A stretch of DNA of 64,000 nucleotides from Camelus dromedarius (taxonomy: Eukaryota). The position numbers and the translations under genes were made by a program. Location of the stretch: the NCBI RefSeq assembly GCF_036321535.1, contig NC_087436.1, positions 93,002,001 through 93,066,000 of the forward strand, in the 5' to 3' direction. The notes beneath the pieces were generated by a model. It did not search any database and was not told the origin of the DNA. It saw only the letters and a list, made by a program, of their open reading frames with translations. Position 1 is the stretch's first letter. Every line of letters starts with the position of its first letter. Below, piece by piece: positions 26,375 to 37,790 of the stretch.

Positions 26375-27248
26375 GTACGCTTGCCCGGAAACCTACCTGG
26401 CTTTGCGGCACCTCGCCGGGCAGGGGTGCAGTGCAGGGATGCGGGTGATTCTACTGAAGGTGCGAATTTCCGGGCCTCTCCTGAGAGGACAAGTTCTAAA
26501 GGGCTTTTGCGCGCCAGGAAGGGCTAGGGAGCGCGTTTTTGGCCCTAAATTCACAGCTGCATGTGTTTTCCACCTCAGCTAGCGCTGCAGAGGCATTCAG
26601 GGGCCTTGGGGTATGAATGAGAGAGGCATTTCGGGGACAGGAAATGCCCTGGGGGAGGAGTGCAGATTTTACTTCTATATTTTACGTATTTTTTGCCAAG
26701 TACCTCCTAACTCAAGAGCTTTTAACTTGGAGCTAGTGGCGTATCGGTACAGGTGCATTTTCCCGGGAACTGTGACTTGCAGCAGATTCGCAAAAGGGTT
26801 GGGAGTCTATGAAGGTCAAGATCCGCGGTTTACTCTAACCTTTTAGAGACCCAACTGCTCTAAAGAGCTGGCCAGGGCGCCTCTCCAGGTGAGCCCCTCA
26901 ACGGAGGGGCGGTGCGCACCCAAAGGCCAGGATGGGCAGCAGGGGCCAAACCCAGAGACCCCCTCCTCCGTCTATCAACTGGAGTTTAATTTGAGACCTG
27001 AGGCCTAGAGGCGATGGCGAGTTTGGGGTAGCTCAGGAAGTAGACCGAGCAAAGGCCCGCCAAAATAAGAACTTACATTTTAGGGCCTTTCTGGCACCTG
27101 CGGCCTTTTTAGTTTTCCTGCAAGCCACCGTTTCCGGGGCACGTTCAGGTCGCCTTAAGAACGTTTCTCCAAAGATGCACCAGCCACTGGCAAGGCTGAC
27201 TTAGTGGGGTGGATGTGCGCTGGAGTACCTGCTGCGCGTGAAGTTTAA

Positions 27249-27860
<612 letters not shown>

Positions 27861-29565
27861 TCTGGGGTCCCGCGGCGGCGGCGGCGGCGGCGGGCGAGCC
27901 GGGGCCGGGCGGGCGAGCGGGCGAGCGGGCGAGCGGGTAGGCCCAAGGCTATTGTCGCTGCTGCCGTGGCTGTTTCCCTCGAGAGCCTAACGTAATCGCG
28001 ATAAGAATAAAGAGAAAATGGCGTCGCCCCCATTTCAACCCCACTCCTACCCTCTTCCTCAACCTCCAAACGAAACAAAACACTTCCCTGGCTTCGCACC
28101 TGCCTCAGGGCCGCGCAGACGGGCCAGGGCTCCGCCTGCTGCCTGGGAGGTGTGAGCGGCGCGGCCTGGACTCGGGGGCGCTCTCAGGGGGCTGTGTCTG
28201 CGTGTCGGTGTACGTCTGTCTCGGGGAATGTGTGTCTGTGGCCCGAGCAGGTGACAGGGAGAGAGGGATGGGGGGCCACAACCAACTCAGTGACTTGCTT
28301 AGAAAAAGAAACAAAACTCTCCCAAATTAAATATATATATATATATATAGGAAGGAAGTAACAATTTAAAAATACCCGAAAGGTCTTACAATCTAGGAAA
28401 AAATAAACTAAAGAGAGGAAGAGGGAAGCTGCAGTTGGCACTGTCTGAGAGCTCTAGCTTGTGAACCCCTGAATTCATCCGCACCGTCCAGACAGCACAG
28501 ACTCCCTTGGGGCTCCTCCTCGGGGAAGAGTAGGGACGTTTTCCAGTCCCCCTTTCCCTCTCGTCCTTGGGTTCGGGCCGCTGCGGCGACGACTCATGGT
28601 ACTGTTCCCGCGGCCAAGGTGACTTCTCGAGCCCTCTTGCCTGCCCCACTTCGTCGAACACCATCCTGCCAACTGCGCATCCGAACCCCACAGCGTTGCA
28701 ACTCTCAGCCCGAATCTGTGCAGCCACTCGGCCCTGAAAGATGCCCTATACATGAGATGCCTTTTCATCCGCAAACTCTGCAAACTGTCATGTATTTCGC
28801 AACTCTTCCCTTTTTTTCTCTCCTGACACCCCCACCGGCATTTTCTTCCACCAGCTTTTACTGAACTTTCTGGCACTGCTTTGGATTGGAGTCAATTGCA
28901 GTCCAAGCAACTGGCTGCAGAGATCTACCCAGCAAGGAAAAGGCGCGCACACAAGTTTGTGTCTCTGCATTTCTGTTTGATCCGAAATGGACTCACATCC
29001 TGTATGGTGGATGGACTGTATATTGATGATTCCATTCTTTGCGCAGTTTAGACACCTTTGTTGGGATTTTTTTGTTTGTTTATTTTTTATTTTAAAAGGC
29101 ACAAACTATAGGTATTAGTTGAATGTTGAGGCTTTAACTTTTTTGGTGTCTTTCTACAACTGTGTTCTGTGACTCAATTGTATCGTGTTAATATCAGTAC
29201 AGACCGTCTCCTCTACGTGACTGTATGATGTTTTTCTCTTCTTGTAGTCTCTATGGCGTGTCTTTATGGAATAATAAGGTTCTCACGGGTTCAATTCCTC
29301 TGTGTTTAGAGAGACCACGGTTCAAACAATGGTATATATTTTTGTTATCAGGTGCATGTCTGTCTGATTTCTTTTTTCTTCTTGTTGGACTACGTTCGTG
29401 AACATAAGCATCATAAATTATGTTTCAGATTTTTGAATTTATTTATATGTGTTATAATGAATGCTTCTATTTAAGAGGGAAATATTTCTACATGTGCATA
29501 TAGTTTTCCAAGAGTGTACCATTAACTTGATTGTTGATAATAAAAACAAAAAGCAAGTCTAGCAA
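27861..29565 (+). other. PHOX2B: PHOX2B 3' UTR (~1.7 kb)
   Basis: Unique sequence from the stop codon to the distal AATAAA, U-rich in its distal part. The end position is estimated. Confidence 0.8.
29539..29544 (+). terminator. PHOX2B: Distal polyadenylation signal AATAAA
   Basis: AATAAA followed ~35-65 nt later by a U/GU-rich element (TTTTCCTTGATTTGTTTTTGTTTG). Confidence 0.8.
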
Positions 29566-30079
29566 CTGAGCTCTTCTGACTTTTCCTTGATTTGTTTTTG
29601 TTTGCTTGTTTTTTAAATTAATTTCAAGATGATAAGGGAGAACAGAGGAAAGTGTACAAAGCATCAAGAAGCTGTTGGGGCTCTGGAAACCCAGGCGGGT
29701 TGGGGAATCAAATTCATGCAGCTAATTTCAACCAATATAAAATTTAGTGCTTGAGATAGCAGGCAGGATTCTTCTTGTTCGTTTTTCTTTCTTTCCCAGT
29801 CACAGAGCACAAGAGATCAGTGCCTAGTCCACTGTGGGACTCGGTAGCAAGAAGGCGGGATGCTAATTTCCAAGTTGGAGAAAGTGCAGTGTGCTGGCAC
29901 CTTCAGGACTGATGGCATTGGGGGAGGGCCTGGCGGTCCTGCCTCCTAAAGCCCCGCAAACTGCTGGCACCCAGGGACACCCTGAGGACCTCTGCATGGC
30001 AGGTTCATCAGGAAGGCACCCACCAGAGAGCAGCTGTGCAATGTTGGTGTGTTTGGAGAAATAACATCAACCACAACTG

Positions 30080-30305
30080 GAATTAGCCAGCACTTGCCTG
30101 CACCAGGCTTTGTTTCCCATGCATTATCTTATCTGCTCCTCAGAACAACATCGGGAAACGTATGCACTTTCTATCCTTATTTTCTTTTGAACAGATGAGG
30201 AAGCTGAGGCAACAGAGAAGGCGACTTGCTCAAGAGGCCCTGGTGTATGAGTGATGGGGCCAGTCTTTGAACCCAGGATATCTGATTCCAGAGCCTGCCC
30301 ATCAG
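30080..30305 (-). mobile_element. MIR SINE
   Basis: ACAGATGAGGAAGCTGAGGC..GACTTGCTCAAG..TGAACCCAGG core. Confidence 0.75.
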
Positions 30306-30311
30306 CTATAC

Positions 30312-30500
30312 TAGTGTTTCCCAAAGTGTGGTCCCTGGACCAGCAGCCTGAGCACTACCGGGGAGCTTGTTAGACACACCAATTCCTAGACCCCCATCCT
30401 AGACCTACCGAATCAGGAACTCTGGGAGTGAGGCCCAGCCATTTGTGTCTAACAAGCCCCACAGAGGATATGAGAACACCTGAGCCAGAATTGGGACTAT
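30312..30500. mobile_element. MER5A-like hAT MITE
   Basis: AGTGTTTCCCAAAGTGTGGTCCCTGGACCAGCAGC..GAGCTTGTTAGA..AGACCTACCGAATCAG..AACAAGCCC. Confidence 0.8.
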
Positions 30501-30534
30501 GTTGGGAACAGGTGTGCTTGGGCGTGGTGGGAGT

Positions 30535-30549
30535 GGGGGGGGGGGGGGG
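30535..30549. repeat. G15 homopolymer
   Basis: Read directly from the sequence. Confidence 0.9.
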
Positions 30550-32414
30550 TTGGAAGCTTCAATGACCCCTTTGTGGAAGGAAGGAATCACTACCATAGAC
30601 CCAAGATGGAATCTTGCCTCTTCCTTGAATTGTTTGGCTGGGCCACCTTCTTCAAGCAGTTGCCTGTGTGGACTTCTGGTACTTAAACCTGAGTACCTTT
30701 CTGGTTGGGCTTAGCAATAGACAAGTCAGCTCCCCTCATTTGAGGGAGGGCCACAGTCTGCCTCCTCTGGTCTGAAGATTAGCAGCTGATCTGGTTTGAA
30801 TTTATCAGGGCTTCTCACCTTAAGATTCCAAATAAGGTTTGCATCAGATTGGATGGGTTTCATTCAGAAATTTGAAACCTTTGGGTCTTATCAAACTTCA
30901 AATAGTTTTTCCAAAAGGCTTTTAAATAGTCTTTAAAAAAATCTGTCTTGAAATAGCCTTCAGTAAACATTTTGAGACAGTATTCCATAAACAACAGTAT
31001 TAATTGTGCTGGGCTAAGATGTCAGCAAGTGCCAGACCCCTTAGCCAGAAGAGTCTTTGGTTGTAAATGTAACTTAGAAGGTCTGGGAGAGGCAAAAAGA
31101 AGGGCAAGAATTTACTGGCAAAAAGAGCATTCAAAACCCAGGTGACTCAGTGCTGCGCTTGGCTAGAGGAAAATTTGCCTTCCCATAGGCATTCAGGGCC
31201 ACCAGGGAAGCCTCTGTGAGCTAGAAAAATGGGCAGGCCAGGGAGAGACAAGACCAGGAAGGAGAAAGAAAACAAGAAGAAAGATAGAGAAAGAAGAGGA
31301 AAAAGCAAATAGCCAAAGAAGTGTTTTTGGAAACCCCCGTGAAGACCCTAGAAATCCTTTCGGATGTGAATAAACTGGGTCAGCTTCCCCAGATTCCCTT
31401 CTGCTGGCCTTGACCTGCTTTGAGCAACTTATCTCTGGGACAAGGGAAACTCTGGAGAATGGTGAGGAAAACATGCCCCTCTCTCCCCACCCCCACTGCC
31501 CACCCTTGCCCCAGCTTCCCAGAAGATTGCATTTTAAATGTCTGGAGGCAACCAGCTTTTGGATTTCAAATGTCAGCTTCTTTTTACTTTGGGTCACCTC
31601 TGCCTCTGGTCAAAGAAGCAAACTGTTGGGAGGCAAGTTCATGATCAAATGCAGAATAATGCTCCCCTAATAAGATGGAGTCTAGTGGCAGGACACCGTG
31701 TCTCTCGCATTGTGTCATTTCCTTGGAGCCCCGCACAGTGGGAACAAGCTCACTTTCGCTTTTCCTCTCCTAAGGAATTTGCATTTTGGCTCATCAAGGC
31801 ATCCTTTTTCCTGGCAACTCCAGGACCACATGTGACTTCACAAAAGCTGTATGAGCCACTGCCAGAGGGCCACCTCTAAGCCAAGTCTCCTTCACCGTGG
31901 CCGACTACAGGGAACCAGAGAGTGGTTTCAGAGGAAAGCTGGTAACTCAGCAAAGAGTAGCTGTCTGCTACTCACCCCAGATGCTTCTCTGTGGCCACCT
32001 CATGTCCTTAGGAGGACAGTCTCTGGCTAGACAGAGATGGCCCTCAATTCAGGGAAAGGAACTCTGTGACCTTGGACAGCAAGTGATTAATCCCCCTGAG
32101 CCTGATTCATCAACCATAAATACAAATAACAGTACAGACTTAAGAGGTTGTTGAGGGGAGTAAATAAGATGTACAAGAAGTATCTGGCATAGCAGGAAGT
32201 TTCCAGCAAATGTCAGATATTATTTTTAATATTATTTTATTATGTAACTTGCAGATTCTTTCTTGATCTCTCTAGCTCAGCCTTCGGAAGGTTAAAAAGA
32301 GCCCTCAGTTGTCACTTGAGTCAATGGCTCAGTGAGGGAACATGCAAAGGCTGGACTTGGAGAACTTTGCTGAGGGTGACAGCAACAGGCTAGAATCAGC
32401 CAAGGGCGGACAAG

Positions 32415-32835
32415 TAATAACTACTAATGTTTATTCAGTGCTTATTATGTGCCAAGCAGTTTCAAGCTTACAAGGCTTTAAAGCATTCAGTCCTCACAAC
32501 TACCCTGCCAGAAAGTGTGGTTCCCATTTTTTTCTTAGGAGGACACTGAGGCATAGAAGGTTAGGTGACATTCCAGGTCACACAGCTGGTAGTATTGTAG
32601 CAGGAGTCCAACCCCAGCTGGTTTGACTGCTCTTTTATTTGCTTGAATTTCTTTAAATGTATAGTTTCACAATGATTCAGGTGTATAGCAAAGTGATTCA
32701 GTTTTATGTATTTTTTTTTCAGATTCTTTTCCATTATAGGTTATAACAAGATATTGAATATAGTTCTCGGTGCGATACAGTAGGTCATTGTTGTTTCTCC
32801 ATTTTATATCTAGTAGTGTGTATCTTTTAACCACT
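32415..32835 (-). mobile_element. MIR (~32415-32630) followed by a short L1 3' end (~32640-32835)
   Basis: GAGGACACTGAGGCATAGAAGGTTAGGTGAC..GGTCACACAGC; then the L1 tail GGTGTATAGCAAAGTGATTCAG..ATATTGAATATAGTT. Confidence 0.75.
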
Positions 32836-33515
32836 GTTTTTTTTTTTACAGTCTCCTCCAGGGGAAGAATTCATTTTAGCCCATGAGGTTCTATACTGCC
32901 AACCTCAGAGGGAGATCTCATCTTGCAAAAAGACTCAGAAAGGTAGACGAAAGCTAGAAAGGGCAACAGGAGGAGCAGTATTGGGATGAGAATCCCAACC
33001 AGATTCAGAATGAGGTCCAGGGCCTGAAAGGCTTTGGGATCCCCAGGAGGAGGAAGAATGTTTTCTGCAAGGCAATGTATCTCCAGCTCTCAGTCCCTTT
33101 CTGGTAAGTGAGCAAGACCAGGCGTGGCCAGGGGCATGGCCCACGAAAGGGCAAAGGATGGTTACACTTACAAAGTGTGCAATGTTGGCCAGTGGACAGG
33201 AATGGATGTTAGGAATAGATGTCAGCCTCCACACTCATTTATCACCACCATGACAGATAGGTGGTGCAAATGGCAAAAACCCATCTGAATCCTTAATTTT
33301 CCAGCCTTGATTTCAGAGCAGCTGCTCACAAATCTCCACAGATAATAATGACTGGGTGCCTTCACTCAGTAGTATTTCCATTTTGGAAAGCAAAGTGTGG
33401 TGCAAAGTCCTGTGTCCTCCTCAGGACAATAGGCAGGGTTATCTGAAAATGATGTATGACTATGTCCCCATCACCAAAGTGAGACATCTTGGATCATGTT
33501 AATCTTGGCTTAACT

Positions 33516-33995
33516 CAGGAGTTCTTAACCTTGGATTCATGGATAGAATTCAAGGAGGAGAGGGGAAAAAAAGTGTAATTTTTTTTTTATTTTTTACTAA
33601 TCTCCACCTGACATTTAGCATTTTTTCAAAGACAAAGACAGAAAAGAAAGCTGCAGTAGTATTATCAGTACCTGTGACTGTCACCAGTGGAATCACAGAT
33701 ACTTTTATTTCACATTAGAGATTTTGAAACTATTTCCATGTATCATCTACATTTTCATTAATTTGAAATTATAGTAATTATTAAACCAGCCACTGGATCT
33801 TGTTGTTGAATACATTAATAAGGATGTACACACATGATTATAACACCAATTTGTTTTAAAACATTTTTCATGATTTTATTTTGATTGGTTTCTTTTGTAA
33901 TCCTATGCATTTTTTTTTTTTTTGCATTTAAAAAACTTATTTGGAGAGGGGTTCACGGGCATCACCGGCTGCCAAGTGTTCTATGGTGCATAGAC
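33516..33995. mobile_element. hAT-Charlie non-autonomous element (MER113-like)
   Basis: Starts CAGGAGTTCTTAACCTTGGATTCATGGA; internal CAGTAGTATTATCAGTACCTGTGAC and TTGGTTTCTTTTGTAATCCTATG. Confidence 0.7.
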
Positions 33996-35274
33996 CACAC
34001 ATGCGCACGCACGCACACACACAAGCCAGGAGGAGCTCCTCGCTAATTGATGAGAGCAGGGTGTTCCATCCCTCTGCAAAGCTCTGACTTTAAGAATCTC
34101 TCATCAAGACCAGGTCATGATCATTTTACTCTACAGGTAGAAGAAATATTAGGGAGGTCTTATCACATGCTCCTTCAAAGGACAAAATAGGATAAAACAA
34201 GTTCCCAAAGCTGAACAAAGAAAATTCCAGGATTTTGAAGACCACTGTTGGCTGGAGGTGACAGTGTGATAGCATGGGAGAGCAGGAGGTGATTCAAAGA
34301 TTTCAACAGGACTTGAATATCCTCCTACTATTTGCTGAGCGTTCACAGGGGCCGGGGCTGTGCTAAGTGCACCCCACAGCAGCCCCCATGTTGCAGGTGG
34401 TGATGAAGGTGGTGCCTTCCTTCCGTTACACTACTGAAATCCAAAGTTATTGAGTCGTATGTCCAAGTCACACCGCTAATAATGGTAGGGCCAGGATTCT
34501 GCCCATAGCCCCAACCCTCAGCCAGTATGCTAAAAAGGTTAAAAAAATGAGGAAAGGAATTCTTCATTTGCTCGGCTGTCACTCACTTTATCTTTCATCT
34601 GAACCTAAAGCTATTTAGTTTGTTAAAATACCCCAAGGCCAAGTGATTGAAGAACGGTGTTACTCTAGCCTTGTATTTGATGTCAAAGATCTCCCTCTGG
34701 GGAGAGTCAGACATCAAGGGGGAAATAAAGCCTCCTTACCTGGACATAATTTCATTAGGGAGCCAAGTGGATGACTATTTGCTATTTTCTAGCCAACGAT
34801 TTAAGTGATTTCCAGAACAGGAAGAGCCTGAGTGTAAAACTTAATTTCTTTAAGGCCCCAGTGGCATGGGGACCTCGGGCAAAAGTGGAGTGTAAACCTG
34901 GCTTGTCTGGGGCATAAGATACTGTGTTTGGGGAATATTTACTATGTGTTAGATATTCTGCTATCTGACAGAGTAGCATTTGTTTTGCATTTGTTATGTA
35001 TTATAACTTTTCAAAACTCCTGAGTTAGGTATTACTGTTCTCATTTTACAGGTGAAAAAAAGACAGGTAACAGAGAGGCCAAGCAACTTGCTTAAGATCC
35101 CAGAGCTGATAAGTGGCAGAGCTGAGCTCTGAACCCATGTCCCTTTTAATCCCAAAACCCCGTTCTCTGAGAGGTCCCGGAGTCCAGAGGGGTCACTGAG
35201 GTCACAGCCCAGAACCCAGCACTGCCCTTTGCCTGCCTGCTGATGCCCTAAGTCAATGTTTAAAAGGGTAGAGA

Positions 35275-35400
35275 GGGTTAAGAAAATGTTCTGGAACTAG
35301 ACAGTGGCGATGGCTATACAATTTTGTGAGTATACTAAAACCCACTGAATTGTATACTTTAAAAAGGTGAATTTTATGGTCTGTGAATCATATCTCAATT
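35275..35400 (+). mobile_element. L1MB-like 3' terminal fragment
   Basis: GAAAATGTTCTGGAACTAGACAGTGGCGATGG..CCACTGAATTGTATACTTTAAAA..ATATCTCAAT. Confidence 0.8.
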
Positions 35401-36840
35401 TTTAATTGAATAAATTTGACATGTAACAGTGTATACATTTAAGATGTACAGATGTATTACTTTGATACACTTATATATTGTAATATCATTGCCCATGGAG
35501 AGATATATATCACACTATATAATTACAGAACAATATTATTGTCTATATTCATTATACTGTGCATTAGATCTCTATGGCTCATTTGCTGTTCTTCACAAGT
35601 TTGTACCATTAAACATCATCACTCTTACCTCCCCACCTCCTGTTCCCTGGTAACCACCATGCTACTCTTCACTTTTTAAGATTCCACATAGAAGCGATAT
35701 CATACAGTACTTGCCTTTCTCAGTCTGACTTATCTTGCTTATCTTAATGTGCTCGAGGTCCATCCACATTGTCACAAATGGGAGGTATCCTCCTTTCTCA
35801 TGGCTAATATTCTATTGTGTAGATGTAGTACATCTTTTTTATCCATTCACCCATTGATGGGCATTTGGGTTTTATCCTTATCATGGCTATTGTGAATAAT
35901 GCTGCAACAAACATGGGAATGCATGTGTCTGGTTGAAATCCTCTTTTCATTTCCTTTGGGTCTATACCTAGAAATGGAATTGCTGGATCACATGGTAGAT
36001 CTATTTTTAATTTTGTGAGAACCCTCCATATTGTTTTCCATAGCAGTTGGACCAGTTTACATTCCCACCAACAACGTGTGAGGCTTCCCTTTTCACCACG
36101 TGCTCACCAGCACTTGTCTCTTGTGTTCTTGATGAAAACCATTCTAATGGGTGTGAGGTGATACCTCACGGAGGTTTTGCTTTCCCTGATGATTAGAGAT
36201 GTTGAGCATCTTTTCAAGTGTCAGATGGCCATTTTGCTGTTCTCTTTGGGGAAAAAAGGTCTATTAAGGTTTTCTGCTCATTTTTAAATCAGATTGCTTG
36301 GGTTTTTTTGTTATTAAGTTAACTGAGTTCTTTATGTATTTTGGATATTAACCCCCTTATTTGATGTATGATTTGCAAAAACTTTCTCCCATTCTACAGG
36401 TTGTATTTTCATTTTATTAATTGTTTCTTTTGCTGTGTAGAAGCTTTTGAGTTTGATGTAGTCCCACCCATTTTTTTGACTTTTGCTTTATGCCTTTTTG
36501 TGCTTTTGGCATCATGTCCACAAAATCATTGCCAAGATTGATATTGATGAGCTTCTTCCCTACGTTTTCTTCTAGGAGATTTATAGTATCAGGTCTTATG
36601 TTTAAGTCTTTGATTCATTTTAAGTTAATTTTTGTTAGTGGTCTGAGAAAGGGGCCCAATTTCATTGTTCTGCATGTGTTTCTCCAGTTTTTCCAGCATA
36701 ATTTGAAGAGACTATTCTCTCCCCATTGGCTCCCGTGTCCAACATTTGTTGACTGTGTATGCTGGGGTTTAATTCTGGGCTCTCTGTTCTGTTCCATCAG
36801 TTGATGCTCAATTTTTGTGTCAGTACCATGTTTTTACTAT
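35401..36840 (-). mobile_element. LINE-1 (ORF2 C-terminal remnant + 3' UTR)
   Basis: Minus-strand peptide [37 protein letters not shown] resembles L1 ORF2 (..DSLFNKWCWENW..MKLDPYLTPYTKINSKW). Confidence 0.9.
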
Positions 36841-37479
36841 GTTGAATGACATTCCAGGCTGTTTCTTGTACAAGATTGGAGAAACTTAAATGCTTTTTTA
36901 AAAGAGCCAGTAAATGGCAGTTGGATTAGATAATTCAGGTCTGTTGTCATCATTATTTTTTCAGAACACCATTAGTTTGATGTTTATTTAAGGTTTTTAT
37001 TCCCCTGGAAAATGTTGATGGACTTGGGTATTACCCACATGAATTGCCTAATTTGTGATTCACTGGGAAATCCCAGAACAGATTTTTCCACTGGACTCAC
37101 ATGAAAACCTGTCCTAACCAATCCTAGTGCTTAGAGTGCTGAAGGACATTTCCCCAAAGAGAAAGTAACCACAGGACTGTCATCTAGACGTGGTTCTTTC
37201 CTTCTATGCAGAAACTTTCTGAGCAGGAGAACCCTGGGTTAACAAAAAGACCCATTCGTCTTAAGGACAAAAAGATCAGTTTCTCAAAATGCAACTTGTG
37301 TCTTCTTGCAAAAACATATATCTGAGCACCATCTATACTTCTCAAAACACCTTATAAGGAAACATGAAACAACTTTTCCAAGGATTGGATTGGGGGATTA
37401 GGTGCCCAGTAAATAACCTCCTCGCAGCAGCTCTAGAAACATGCTTGACTTTCATGCAAAAGGAAACCTACTACTAACA

Positions 37480-37495
37480 GATGATGATGATGATG

Positions 37496-37526
<31 letters not shown>

Positions 37527-37790
37527 TAATAATAATACTTAACTTCTATTCAAGGCTTATCATATGCTAGAAACTGTGTTAAGCACTTTACGTGCATTAT
37601 CTTGTTTTATCTTGGCCAAAAACCTTAAGAGATGGGTACTATGATTACCCCCAGTTTAGAGATAAGGAGACCAGGACTGAAAATGGACTAAGTAGCTTGC
37701 TCAAGTTCCCACAGCTGGAAGTCAGCAGAACCGGAATTTGATTTGGACTCAGGTCAGCCTAACTCCAGAGACCAGTTTGCTCCACTGCAC
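37480..37790 (-). mobile_element. MIR with an expanded (GAT)n(AAT)n tail microsatellite (37480-37537)
   Basis: Repeat read directly; followed by MIR core AAGTAGCTTGCTCAAGTTCCCACAGC. Confidence 0.75.

Noticed and set aside
35275..36840. Tail-to-tail L1 pair as a single inverted element
   Set aside because: The two 3' ends are of different type with no shared TSD; independent insertion into an A-rich tail is simpler.
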